64,000 nt of DNA, taken from assembly GCA_964016885.1 (NCBI GenBank), contig OZ024740.1, forward strand, positions 332,258,001 through 332,322,000, in the 5' to 3' direction. The notes beneath the pieces are model-generated. The model worked only from the letters and a program-made list of their open reading frames with translations. It made no database searches and had not been told where the DNA came from. Shown one piece after another: positions 15,416 through 29,471 of this stretch. How positions within the stretch are numbered: position 1 is the first letter of the stretch; each line of letters opens with the position of its first letter. Origin of the DNA: Eledone cirrhosa. Its lineage: Eukaryota. The position numbers and the translations under genes were made by a program.

Positions 15416-17069
15416 GGTAAATTTCTTTAAGTCGTTTGGAAGGCTCGACGATGCAGATGGGTAAATCTCCGGGTAACAAGATCCGGTGGTGGAGAGAGAG
15501 ATGTAAGTGGGTATACGTTGAGATGCGTGGCGTATATAAGACTGTAGCGTGTAGAGGGATGAAGGAAAGAGCGTAAAGGATAAACATACAAATAACAACA
15601 CAAGAAAGAGTTACCTTGGGAGAGATTTAATTGTCCCTATATATTTCGGATTCACATCCATCAGATGGGGTTTTTTCCAGGGGGGGGGTGTCTGTCGGAA
15701 AGGTGCGAAACGTGTCCTTCGCTGTTCGTTGTTTTGAATATCTGAGGTATTCAGCAGAGCGCGCGTGCGCGTGAAATGGAGCCGGTCAGCGGCCGAAGTA
15801 GTTCTTTCAATTGTGAGAGTGGGGTGGCGCTAGCTGTTAGTCCATAGTATTCTCTGCCTGTTTGGTGAATGTTACTATGTGTGTGTGTGTGCGCGTGTGT
15901 TGTTGTCTCGCTTGAGTGTGTGTGTGTGAGTGCGCGTCTTGTTGCCTTGTTCCTCTGTATTGGCAGTGTAGTATGTTCGTATGGTGGAATGCTATTGTGT
16001 GTGTGCGCGTGTGTTGCTGTCTCGCTTGTGTGTGTGTCTGTGCGTGTGTTACTGCATCGTTTGTCAACTTAAACCAACCACCTCATTTCGCTTCTCTCGG
16101 ATCGGTTATTCAATTGTGGTCCTAGGCGTTTGATCCAAAGTGCTTCCTTGATTCGTAATGTGCCGACGTTTCTTTCTGTCGTTAGAATTGTGACAATGGG
16201 CCTTCCCTCTTTGTTTCCGCATTTGGCTATGTGTTTCCGGAAAGACGAGGCCCTGGTGTTAGCCAAATGCGGAAACAAAGAGGGAAGGCCCATTGTCACA
16301 ATTCTAACGATAGAAAGAAACGTCGGCACATTACGAATCAAGGAAGCACTTTGGATCAAACGCCTAGGACCACAATTGAATAACCGATCCGAGAGAAGCG
16401 AAATGAGGTGGTTGGTTTAAGTTAACAAACGATGCAGCAACACACGCACACACATACATAAGCGAGACAGCAACACACGCACACACACACAGTAGCATTC
16501 CACCATACGAAGATACTACACTGCCAATACAGAGGAACAAGGCAACAATACACACACACACACTCAAGCGAGACAACAACACACGCTCACACACACACAG
16601 TAACATTCACCAAACAGGCAGAGAATACTATAGACTGACAGCTAGCGCCACCCAACTCCCACAATTGAAAGAACTACTTCGGCCGCTGACCTCAGCCTGA
16701 CCGACCCCATTTCACGCGAACGCGCGCTCTGCTGAATACCTCAGATATTCAAAACAACGAACAGCGGAGGACACGTTTCGCACCTTTCCGACAGACCCCC
16801 CCCCCCCCGGAAAAAACCCTATCTGATGGATGTGAATCCGAAATATATAGGGACAATTAAATCTCTCCCAAGGTAACTCTTTCTCGTATTGTTATTTGTA
16901 TTTTTATCCTTTACGCTCTTTCCTTCATTCCTCTACAAGCTACAGTCTTATACAGCCACGCATCTCAACGTATATCCACTTACATCTCTCTCTCGACCAC
17001 CGGATCTTGTTACCCGGAGATTTACCCATCTGCATTGTCGAGGGTTCCAAATGACTTTAAAAATTTACC
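15416..17069. mobile_element. Penelope-like element remnant as a head-to-head inverted pair (about 810-bp arms)
   Basis: 15416-16229 is the reverse complement of 16260-17069; 30-bp spacer. Both arms encode a GIY-YIG endonuclease C-terminus followed by pLTR-like sequence. (TA)n at or near both ends. Confidence 0.88.
16260..16420 (+). pseudogene. C-terminus of Penelope GIY-YIG endonuclease (mirror copy at 16069-16259 on minus)
   Basis: AKCGNKEGRPIVTILTIERNVGTLRIKEALWIKRLGPQLNNRSE fits the PLE endonuclease IL..E......KEAL.I....P.LN ending. Confidence 0.8.
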
Positions 17070-17222
17070 ATATATATATATATATTAGAAAGTGAGGTTA
17101 TTTTACAAAATGAAAAATAACCGAGGTGTCCTACACGAGTGAAAGTATAAAGAAAAAAAGATGAAATTGAAAATGCAGCTAGAGTCTTATTTAAAAAATA
17201 TATATATATATTTATTTGGTTC

Positions 17223-17258
17223 CTTTACCGGTTTCGCAGTTCTTCTACTTTTCAAAAG
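17223..17258 (-). ncRNA. Minimal type I hammerhead ribozyme, U3-A8 variant
   Basis: Minus: CUU-UUGAAAA-GUAG(AAGAA)CUGC-GAAA-CCGG-UA-AAG. 4-bp stem II, palindromic stem III ACCGGU, GUA site, 3-bp stem I. Confidence 0.6.
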
Positions 17259-17329
17259 TAGAGTTGAGATGGAGGATCTGTGGTTTTTCTCACATCTGGT
17301 TGGCCTTTGAATGTTACTTGTTTTATATG

Positions 17330-17770
17330 CAAAAAGTGGCTCGAAACGCCGGGTTTTTAGAGAAGTAATTTGATTGGTTGGTCAATAAGTATAATAAATT
17401 TTGCGCCAGTTCGCATTACAAAGTTCTTCAAAAAAGTTTGTTTTTCATATATGAGTGTTTGAATTTCTTTTTACTTAAAAAACGGGGGCTCACGAAGTCT
17501 TTTTTTTATTTAAATGTAATTTGATTGGTTATAAATAAAATTATGGCTGTCACGTGAACAAGTTCATTAACTTTCGCGCCCGTATTTGGGAATTTATTTT
17601 GTAGCCTTTTAGAGAATTTTATGAAAATAAAAAAAGTGGCTCCCGAAGGCTTTTTTTTTAAAATGCAATTTGATTGGTTATAAATGGAACTATGACTGTC
17701 ACGTGAACAAGTTCCGCGCCCGTATTCGGGAATTTATTTTGTACCCTTTTAGAGAATTTTATGACAAGCA
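17330..17770. promoter_or_regulatory. About 150-bp tandem repeat (x3, first divergent) with CCAAT, E-box and E2F-like motifs
   Basis: tgattggtt at 17371, 17522, 17671; gtcacgtga at 17549, 17698; tttcgcgcc at 17572. Function not shown. Confidence 0.5.
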
Positions 17771-18442
17771 AAAGAACGGTCAAGAGAACTGGGATGGGAG
17801 AATTGTTATGGTTCAGTGAATATGGCTGGTTCGCTGGGGTGTCAGAGTTCAGATTTTCTATTGAAATAAAGAAGTAGACATATCTATGTTTATTTGTTTG
17901 TTTGTGTGTGTTTGTGTGTGTGTGTGTGTGTATAGGAAGATGATTCTATTGGTAGAAATGGGGGAGGGAGTTGTGTGTGTGTGTGTGTATATGGGTGTTG
18001 TGTGTGTGGGAGTATGTTAAGATGGAGAGTATATATATAGATATTGTGTGTGTGTGTGTGTAGGAAAGGGATTCTATTTAGTAGAAATGGGGGAGGGAGT
18101 TGTGTGTGTGGGGGGGGGGGGGGGCGTTATGTGTGCGTGTATAGGTGTTGTGTGTGTATGGGAGTATGGTTGGCATGTTAAGATGAAGAGAATATATATG
18201 TTGCGTGTATGTGTGTGTGTATGTGTGTGTGTGTTTAGGAAAGTGATTCCGTTAGTAGGAATATTTTTGAATGAACATATTTTCCTTACTTATTCGTATT
18301 TGTTCTGTTGTATTGTCAGCGCAAACGTATATTAAGGTTTATTTCGTTCGGGTTTTTATTTTCTAAAGTAGAAGGTGTTATGTGTGTGTGTGTATGTGTC
18401 TGTTTGGACGGTTACCATGTTATGGTGTTGATTTAATGTATA

Positions 18443-18952
18443 TTAAACCATATTTAATGCTGGTCTATATTTTTGAATAAACATATTTTCCTTATTTATT
18501 CGTATTTGTTCTGTTGTATTGTCAGCGCTTAGGTAACATGGGAAGACTTGGAATTTGGGTGTCTTATTACTTGCGCAAATGTCTATATGTGCGCTTAGTG
18601 GTATCTGTCTCGTGGTTGGATGTCGTAATTGTTGGCGATGAACTGTCATTCTATTTCTGAGTGTGAGTTTAGTTTGTCCTATATAATCTTCATTGCATCC
18701 TTTACATTTAATGGCATAAACTAGATTTTTTGATGAGCAAGTGAAGTTATTTTTTACAGCAAAATTTTGTCCTGATTTAAATGTATACGTACTGCGTTCA
18801 ATGAGGTGAGTGCAGGTTCCACAATTAGAGCGACCACATTTTTTGACAGTTGGTTGTGGGTTTTTGGAAGGTAATTTGGCATTGGTGAGTAATGTTTTCC
18901 GTGATTTCGGCTGTCTTTTGCTTTTGATTATTTTGTATTTTGTGTGTTTCAA
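18443..18952 (-). CDS. Penelope GIY-YIG endonuclease domain (open frame, truncated element)
   Basis: CGRSNCGTC linker, FTCSSKNLVYAIKCKGCNEDYIGQT, RNRMTVHR, H..C, KE..FI..Y.P.LN. Confidence 0.88.
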   Translation of the reverse strand: MKHTKYKIIKSKRQPKSRKTLLTNAKLPSKNPQPTVKKCGRSNCGTCTHLIERSTYTFKSGQNFAVKNNFTCSSKNLVYAIKCKGCNEDYIGQTKLTLRNRMTVHRQQLRHPTTRQIPLSAHIDICASNKTPKFQVFPCYLSADNTTEQIRINKENMFIQKYRPALNMV

Positions 18953-19095
18953 TATATATATATATATTTACATATATATATATGTATATATATATGTAAA
19001 TATGATGTTTAATATAGAAATGGCTTCTACAGGACTAGAACTATTTATTGAGTACCTTACTTACTGTGGTTACCCCCGATAGAACCCGGGATACA

Positions 19096-19197
<102 letters not shown>

Positions 19198-20599
19198 ACG
19201 TATCTGATTTGGGAGTTTGTAACATTCTGAATTCGTTTACGGCATTCAATATTCCCATTCTTCAGAAAGCCATCAACACCACACCAACCTACAAACAATA
19301 CAATGTAATATCATATCTTGCATTGGAAGGAAGTCATATACTTGTAGGGAAGTGGTAACCTGATTTAATTGAGCCAATACATTATTGGTAATTATGTCGC
19401 AGAAATAGTTTAGAATCTAGAGTTATACCAGTTCTGCTACTTCCTCTCTTTACAAGGAAAGTAAATGAAATTAATGTAAACGAATTTGCATAATGTTTTG
19501 TTGTATGGAGTAAGGATTTCTAACTGTTTTAGAAAGTTTTACTGTCGATTGAAAGAAGCATAGTATACGTCGAGTGTTTTGTATATCGACTATTCAAGGA
19601 TGAATAGAAATGTGAAAAGTGTAGAAGATATGCAGCCGTAATCAAATACATACGGACGTCAGGCAATACGGAACACTACCCATTCTATTCCATTTATAAT
19701 AAAGAAATTAGGCGGTATTATATAGCAACAGGCCCCTAGCGTTTGCCTATAAGATAACGCTATGGAAATTTGTGAAATACCTCATAAAGTGAGAAAACAA
19801 TAAAGTGAGAAAACAATAAAGAAGCACATGTACACATGTATTTGACACTTTTTCCATGGATATTTTGCAGACATTTTTAGATACATTGTTATTTTATTTT
19901 GCTTGAATAATATTTACTCTCACTGGAGTTATTACATTGAAGTACACGATAATAAATTATATCAAATGCATTTTACTAATTATTCTCGCAATTTTATAGC
20001 CAATGACACTGGAGAGGAAAAAAAGTGTATTATCGTTATGAATGTTAATGAACTGGAATAATAAAAGATAGAGTTAGTTCTCTCGGGATTTGAAACCAAA
20101 AACTAGATGTTTATTGTCTAATTTCACGGTTTTGTCAGCAAGAGATTGTTGTTTCCATGATCTATTCGAGCCTTCGAAGTTTGATGAGGTGGATGCAGCT
20201 GATGTTCGTCTGTAGCCATAGCTCGTAACGGTTGACGTCCTCTAGAAGAGGGCAAGTATTTTACTTGTGGGGAAACTAAGGTGGATGGATATATAGTATA
20301 GGTGAAAGGAGAAGAGAAATAAATGTACTGTATGAAATTGGGTGGCCTGCAAGTAGCTCTGACAAGTATGCGCTATAGCATAACAATAAAACTAATTATT
20401 AGTTAAAGTTTCAAACGTCTTGTTTTCTTTTTGTTTTTTCTAATTTGTCACATGATTTACGTTTTCAGAATGTTTTAGTTATTCAAATGTATAACCGCAA
20501 CACTATTGCGGATGTGAGAGTGGTGAGCAATTGCTCGTTTTTTAGTTGAGTTAAGTTCTAGCTATGTAAATACCTATTATTTCGGTACAGAATATTTGC

Positions 20600-21200
20600 T
20601 ATTTTTCGCGGCAGAGGAGATTATCAGTTTCCGTGATGTCAACACCTTGTAGCGGCTTCGATAGTTGAACTTGAATTTTCTCCAAATGGGTGATGGTTCT
20701 TGTGATTTTGACAGGGAAAATCTGGCATGTCCTTATTGGTGAATATACTTAGGGCGATATGAAGTTGGAATGGCGTGGCTGAAATTGTGTATCTAAGTTA
20801 TGTGTCAATAAAGTATTTGCAAGGAAATTTAACCAAAGACTTAGAGTTTCATCATTTGTAAAGAGTGGTCATTGCTGCAGATTTAATCAAATGGGCCATG
20901 ACTGATTAAGAAGACGCGTCTGGGATATGGAAATAAAACTTCGCATACACGACATATGATATCACTGTACACTGTGATGGTGCTATTTAAATGCAAAATC
21001 TCGATTTAAGAGTTGTTAGAGAGCTTAATACGATTAAATGGTTTAAGGGTATTACGTGCATTAATATACCTCCGCCATATTTTTCACGGGTGAAGTCCAA
21101 CCAGTGAGTGACATGGAATAGTAGTTCTACAGATGCATTGGCTTTACAGAAGTGAGAAAATCGTAAGATGTGGAAGAAAGAGAATGTTAATATCAATTAG
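20600..21200 (-). mobile_element. Highly degenerate LINE fragment
   Basis: Minus-strand traces PTSYRP (RT start, about 20750) and KYGGGILMHV (APE-like, about 21070). Weak. Confidence 0.35.
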
Positions 21201-22859
21201 ATTGTAGATGATAGAAGTGAAAGCGATAGGCCGATAGATTAAAGGTATGCTTCAACGATTGGTATAGAATATTAGGGAGAGTGCTCATGTGTCTTGTAAA
21301 TGTGTATGCCTTTAAAGGAGAGTTTCAATTATCTGCTTAGCTGTCAAAAAGGGGTGAGAGATAACAGATGTTTTGTTAGGGAAAACATCCCCTACATGAG
21401 GCTCCTCTCACGATCAGCGTTGTCCGGTATATAGGTATCCGATAGCTAGTCCTGATGAAGCAGTTGTCGGAATATTTTGGGTGAGGATATTTAATAGTTT
21501 GGTTCAATATGTATTTGGAGATGAGAAAGATATTAATGGTGCCTGGTGTCTGTTTGTCGGCCTGGAATACGGGTGAAGATGATACTAAATGATATCGAGG
21601 ATTGAGAATTATAGAAGGACTTGCTTTAGCGCAATCTACATGTGCTGTATTTATTGAAATCACAGAAAAGTGAAATAGATGGAAGTAGAAGTAGGATGAT
21701 ATCGATGTGGGTAACCATGTGTATTACATTATTCCTGATGATCTGGCAACGTATCGTCCATACACAATAAGCTTTTCTAGTCTATCATTGGCCAGAATTA
21801 TGCATCAATGAACACCTAGCCGAAAAGAATTGAAGCACTTGTTATCAACACAGACGTAAGTAAAGTAATGAACATAGATATCTTGCGAGATAATGTAAAT
21901 TGTATAGCTGATTTTACTCGGAGAGTTATTAATCTGTGACTCAGTACTTAATCTATTCATATATATCACCATAAATGCTGCTATATATATATATGTAAAA
22001 ACATGTTTATATCATATATCTGTTCATTTACATGCAGACATGAAGCCAAACCTATATTTACCGATTTTATAGAATGGGATGCATGAGTAAATTTCAACAA
22101 ACAAACTGTTGTTTAAACATTATACTGAATAATTTCTAACTATTCAGGACAAAATATTTAAAATTAAATTAAGCTATATATAACATCTTATAACTAAACA
22201 GAACAAGATGGAAAAAACGTCTTGAATATCGATTTTTCTTAAGATAAAAATAAAGACAGAATTATATAACAAAACGTATTGTACCATCTACTGTTATACA
22301 ACTGAAATCGATTGGTTTTCGCAGTTTAGAAAATATTTCTATACTTTTTCTATCTCTTTTGTATTAAGTTGTCCTAGACAATATCTGCATGCTTCCGAAT
22401 CACTTATTTCATCCACAATGTTCTTTCAATAATCTTACTAATAATTTATATGCCATTCTTTCAAAGCCATTGCAAACAAGTCATGTTCTCCTTACCTCAG
22501 ATAGCTTATACACAGAAAGGAAATGTAGAATTATTATTTTGTTTATATATGTTTTGCATAAAGGATAATAATGGAACAGGAAGGAGAATATAGCAAATTA
22601 CACAATAGAAACATGGAAAAGAAATGACGAAAAGCTGTCGAAAAGCTGTTATAAAAGAAAATACGATGAATTAATTTGAATGAAATATTCAATATAAAAA
22701 ATAAATAACACAGTTTGAATGCTTAGACTGTCACATTAAATGGAATTTCTTGCATTTTATAAGCCACCACTTCAGTTTTCCCAGCTTCAATCGTGACTGG
22801 GTCGATTCTCATATCATGAATCAGTTATCTATTACAGTGGGCCGAGTGAATTAAACAAA

Positions 22860-23220
22860 GTAGATTTACGATGACTTTGACTAATTTGTATGTATCTTCT
22901 ATTAAATAATTCGTACATGAAAGCTGAAGCCAAGGTTACGCAAATGTTTTCTAAACGGGCTTTTTTTTCTGAAGATTTCATCCTTATCTCCCATAGTGCA
23001 GAGGATACGCAACACTCGTTGCATTCTTTATACGGTGCAATCATAAAAGTTGGTAAGAAAAGTAACACCCGAAAAACTGCAGGTTATATCAGCCATCAAC
23101 ATCAGCGAGCAGCAGCTGGTAGATGCAAGCTGAGTTTTCTATCAATAAAAAGCTACTTCTCTTCCTGTGATGAAATAGATGAGCAAACGTAGCTCGACAT
23201 GCAAAGGGCGTGAGATTCGC
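22860..23220 (+). mobile_element. Degenerate RTE-clade RT fragment
   Basis: MKAEAKV..FFSEDFILISHSAEDTQ..VGKKSNTRKT parallels RTE LKAKTKV..LFADD.AL.AHS..D.Q..FGL.I..KKT. Confidence 0.55.
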
Positions 23221-23877
23221 TGTAGAGTATCAAGTACATGCCTGTCCAAGTAAAGTGCTAAGTATACAGAATAATACTAATAAACACCTTAATATATGGA
23301 TCATTCTTTGGCCTGGGTATTTCTAAATAGCAGTACTAAAATACAAAGATCTTCCTAAATGTAACAGTAAGATTGAACCTTGTTATTAGTAATAAAACTA
23401 CAGCAGCTGAGGAGAAGAAATTAACAGTTAAGATCAATTCATTTCTATAGCTTACAACATTTTTATGGACAACTATTCGTCGACTACCAACGAACTACCT
23501 ATGATCGATTCTGATAATGATGATCTTCGTGACGAATAGTTATTAAATATATACTGTTTCGTGTAGACAGAATGACATTGATTTAACGGAGAATTAAGAA
23601 AGTGAACTAGTGGCTTAATTGATCGAAAAATGCCACCAAAAAGTCGAATATTTGTTACTAGCTATATAACTGACACATGTATACATTCATTCACAAACAC
23701 ATACACACACGCTTATGTACCTGCTTGCATACATACCTATCTACATACATACATACATACATACATACATACATACATACATACATACATACATAAACAC
23801 ATGCACAGAAGCACACATACATATAATTATTAGTTTAATACTGGTTTAATTCTGATACACACACACACACAGCACAC

Positions 23878-23988
<111 letters not shown>

Positions 23989-24168
23989 TATATCAGGATT
24001 AAACCAGTATTAAACTATTTAGACCGTTATTCAAAAGAGACTCGATACTTGGGATAATAGAATGTAATAATATAAGAAAGAATCGGGTCCCGACAGCTGA
24101 CCTCCTGCCGTTTCCAAATTCTGTCAAAACGGTATACGTTCAGACATCGAACCCGGAGTCTTTGTATA

Positions 24169-24287
<119 letters not shown>

Positions 24288-25257
24288 AAAAGAGTCGGGA
24301 TCCCGACGGCTGAGACCCGGCCATTTCGACAGCAATATATATATCATAGAGAAAAGAGAATCAGTGTTGCGACGAAAGGAATTTATTGGACATATTACAA
24401 TTGCTTCTCGGGCGACCAGCTCTAGGCACGATCCATGTGGTGATCAAACCTGACTCTGAAATCGCACGGTCCTCGGATACGTCTCGATTCTACGAAGCAG
24501 ATGTTCCTATTTGATCAGCACATTGATTGTGCATACAGCTGGTTGCCCGAGAAAAAATGGTAATATGTCCAATACATTTATTTCGTTGCAACACTGATTC
24601 TCTTTTTTCTGTGATATCATACTAGCTGCTCTATGAGGGCATCGAGTGCTCATACGGTCTACCGCATACGCACGCTTTAAGCATCCAACACCAATTATAT
24701 ATACATATATATCCCCACTCCCAAGCGTGAACCTAATACCAACGCTGTTCATACTGCTCTCTTTGTTATTGTTTTTGTTTTTTATATATATATATTCCAA
24801 AATAGTTTCTTCTTTTCTAGCTCTTGTTCAAAACTGATTAACAGACCATGAAATGTTTTCAAATCGCATTACAGACATCCAGTGTAGTCTTAGATATCTT
24901 TAAAAAGGAAATTTATGGTGCAATTGAGGGAAATTTGAGTGCAATAGTTAGCAGGTCGAGCAGCAATAAAGAATAAACCTTGGCGTTTTAAGAGTATGAG
25001 AATTATATGTTCGCTTCCCTTTTTGAAGTGCATTATCACCATAATAGAAGGGAATTCAAAATGAATATAAATATTGCATGACAAAGTCACCGTAAGGGTT
25101 GCTTCCAGCATCATAACTACACAAATTTCTGTAGTTGAAACATTCTATTGAATAATTAAGTACAATTTTCATATGATTTTCTGAACGTTACAAGTGTATA
25201 AAAAAGAGGACAAATGGCTGTTAAATTAGAACAGACGAGGCGACAGACATTAAATAC

Positions 25258-25420
25258 AATTGTTTCTACTTTTTGGCACGAGGCCAGCAATTACCCAATG
25301 TATTGCTGGTACTTTATTTTATCGACCCCGTAAGGATGAAAGGCAAAGTTAACCTCGGCGGGATTTGAACTCAGAATGGCAAGGACAGTAACTCTATGCG
25401 TCAAACATGGCGTCTGAACC
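25258..25420 (-). mobile_element. Meta-type SINE (duplicated at about 29472-29635)
   Basis: Reverse complement of the SINE core and B-box. Confidence 0.8.
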
Positions 25421-25817
25421 TCTACTTTTAATATATTATTCTTTACTGGATTCAAGGATAGCCATATAGAACTTAATATTTATTTCTTCCTGTTATTATT
25501 TCATCGAGTTGTTAAGTTACGATTCGACATAAAGAAAATCAGATTTCATGACCATACCGGCTAACATAAACTGCCACAATAATTTCAATGAGACTCTGAG
25601 AGGTAAATGAATACCTCCTTTGGGGAATATCGATGATTAGTGGGAAGAAGTTAGCTTCTAAGCGCTGATCAGGCTTATATGCTTCCAACAGTGTCGTCTC
25701 CAATTATGAAATCTTTCTCTCGATCTCTAAAAACGCTCCGGTCTTTCATTTACCTCACTGCGCTGTGATTTCAAAACATGCATAAACACATACGCACACA
25801 CACACGCACACACACAG

Positions 25818-26606
<789 letters not shown>

Positions 26607-27218
26607 TCATGTCAGTTCACCACTTGGTGCTACTGGTAAAATGTATCCCAGTACAATCTGTCTCATGGTCGGGTCGTTGGCGACTAAACTGGCAACCCCA
26701 CTAAGGTTTCTTGGTGAGGAGGGTGACATTGGACATCCTGCAGGACTAAAAACAAAACCTGTCAAAGGGCAAAGGAGCTCTTAAGAGTCAATCGCCATCC
26801 AAAATCACTGGGAGAGATGACCCCTTAGCCTTTGTCAAGGCAGAATTCTAGGAGAAGGAAAACTCTGATATAACACCTGCAACCCTGATGGTATCCAATG
26901 ATGTTGACTTGTTCTTCTTTTTGGTAAATATCATCTTGGTTAAGAGAGTGGGACTGGCTTTGTGCAGTGCCTTTGCTCACTATAAAAGCTTCACGGCACA
27001 GGCATTGCTTTATATCTGGAGATCTCTCTGCACTTGCCGTCACATGGTACCATGGGCCCAGCACTATGTGTCAATAATTGTCACAAGTGTAGTGTTTGTA
27101 CCAGAGTTTTCAAGTCGCTAGCTGGACTAAAAAGTCACATTCGTTCAGCGCATCGGTAGGGGTTCTCCTACATGGATATAAAGTAGTGGCCGTACTCGAA
27201 AACGAGTTGGCAGCCACC
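26607..27218. other. GC-richer 610-bp insert between (TA)n tracts, only in duplication unit 1; possibly LINE 5' UTR-derived
   Basis: Absent from unit 2. ctaggagaaggaaaactctga recalls RTE-type 5' UTRs (from memory, unverified). Confidence 0.4.
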
Positions 27219-27221
27219 ATA

Positions 27222-27387
<166 letters not shown>

Positions 27388-27880
27388 GTATGTGTGTGTG
27401 TGTGAGTGAGTGCGCACAAGTATATATATATATATATAAATTTCCAGTACGAAACACTACTTTTAATTTTATCAATACGACTTCATCTTGATTCTGAATG
27501 TAATAACCATCATTAGCATTTAATAGCGTATAGTATTACATTAACTGCCCTTCGTCATCTTCTAAATATGTATATGTGGTGAAATATATGTGTGGTTCAA
27601 ATGTTCGGATTCGGCTTTATTTTGCAGCCACTTAAACATAGATTCTAGCCATAGTAATCCTTCTATCATATGTGAAAGCGCCATTTGGGAATTAGACTTC
27701 AGGCATAGCCTGATGCGAAATCATTGTATGGTTCTTTGACGCATTTGGGTGATTCTCTGTCTATGAATATGAGCCGTGATTTCATACATATAAAGATGCC
27801 TAAATTATACGAATGTATCAAGTAACATGTTTAACTCTGTTTGCACCCCCAACAGAACTCGGGAATCCACACACCCCTCC

Positions 27881-27929
<49 letters not shown>

Positions 27930-28003
27930 CATACACACATTAATATATATATATTCACATACACAGACACACATACACATACACACACACACACGCACAC
28001 ACT

Positions 28004-28035
<32 letters not shown>

Positions 28036-28126
28036 CATACACACATTAATATATATATTCACATACAGAGACACACATACACATACACACACACACACGC
28101 ACACACTCACACACACACACACACAT

Positions 28127-28173
<47 letters not shown>

Positions 28174-28344
28174 GATTAAACCAGTATTATACTATTTAGA
28201 CCGTTATTCAAAAGAGACTCGATACTTGGGATAATAGAATGTAATAATACAAGAAAGGATCGGGTCCCGACGGCTGACCTCCTGCCGTTTCCAAATTCGT
28301 CAAAACGGCATAAATTCAGATATCGAACCCGGAGTCTTTGTATA

Positions 28345-28485
<141 letters not shown>

Positions 28486-29471
28486 GAAAAGAGTCGGGTC
28501 CCCGACGGCCGAGACCCGGCCGTTTCGACAGCAATATATATATCACAGAGAAAAGAGAATCAGTGTTGCGACGATAGGAATTTATTGGACATATTACAAT
28601 TGTTTCTCGGGCGACCAGCTCTAGGCACGATCCATGTGGTGATCAAACCTGACTCTGAAATCGCACGGTCCTCGGATACGTCTCGATTCTACGAAGCAGA
28701 TGTTTTTATTTGATCAGCACATTGATTGTGCATACAGCTGGTCGCCCGAGAAACAATGGTAATATGTCCAATACATTTATTTCGTTGCAACACTGATTCT
28801 CTTTTTTCTGTGATATCATACTAGCTGCTCTATGAGGGCATCGAGTGCTCATACGGTCTACCGCATACGCACGCTTTAAGCATCCAACACCAATTATATA
28901 TACATATATATCCCCACTCTCAAGCGTGAACCTAATACCAACGCTGTTCATACTGCTCTCTTTGTTATTGTTTTTGTTTTTTATATATATATATTCCAAA
29001 ATAGTTTCTTCTTTTCTAGCTCTTGTTCAAAACTGATTAACAGACCATGAAATGTTTTCAAATCGCATTACAGACATCCAGTGTAGTCTTAGATATCTTT
29101 AAAAAGGAAATTTATGGTGCAATTGAGGGAAATTTGAGTGCAATAGTTAGCAGGTCGAGCAGCAATAAAGAATAAACCTTGGCGTTTTAAGAGTATGAGA
29201 ATTATATATTGGGGTAGCGTATTCACTTTCCTTTTTGAAGTGCATTATCACCATAATAGAAGGGAATTGAAAATAAATATATATATTGCATGACAAAGTC
29301 TCCGCAAGGGTTGCTTCCAGCATCATAACTACAAAAAATTTCTCTAGTCGAAACATTCTATTGAATAATTAAATACAATTTTCATATGATTTTCTGAACG
29401 TTACAAGTGTATAAAAAAGAGGACAAATGGCTGTTAAATTAGAACAAACGAGGCGATAGACACTACATACG

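Larger units (their letters stand above)
17100..18952 (-). mobile_element. 5'-truncated Penelope-like element (Neptune-type linker) with 3' pLTR region
   Basis: Endonuclease ORF at 18443-18952; downstream tandem promoter-like repeats and a hammerhead motif on the same strand; bounded by (TA)n. Confidence 0.8.

Noticed and set aside
21445-21485. cctgatgaagc as a hammerhead 5' half
   Set aside because: No GAAA at a suitable distance and no convincing stems.
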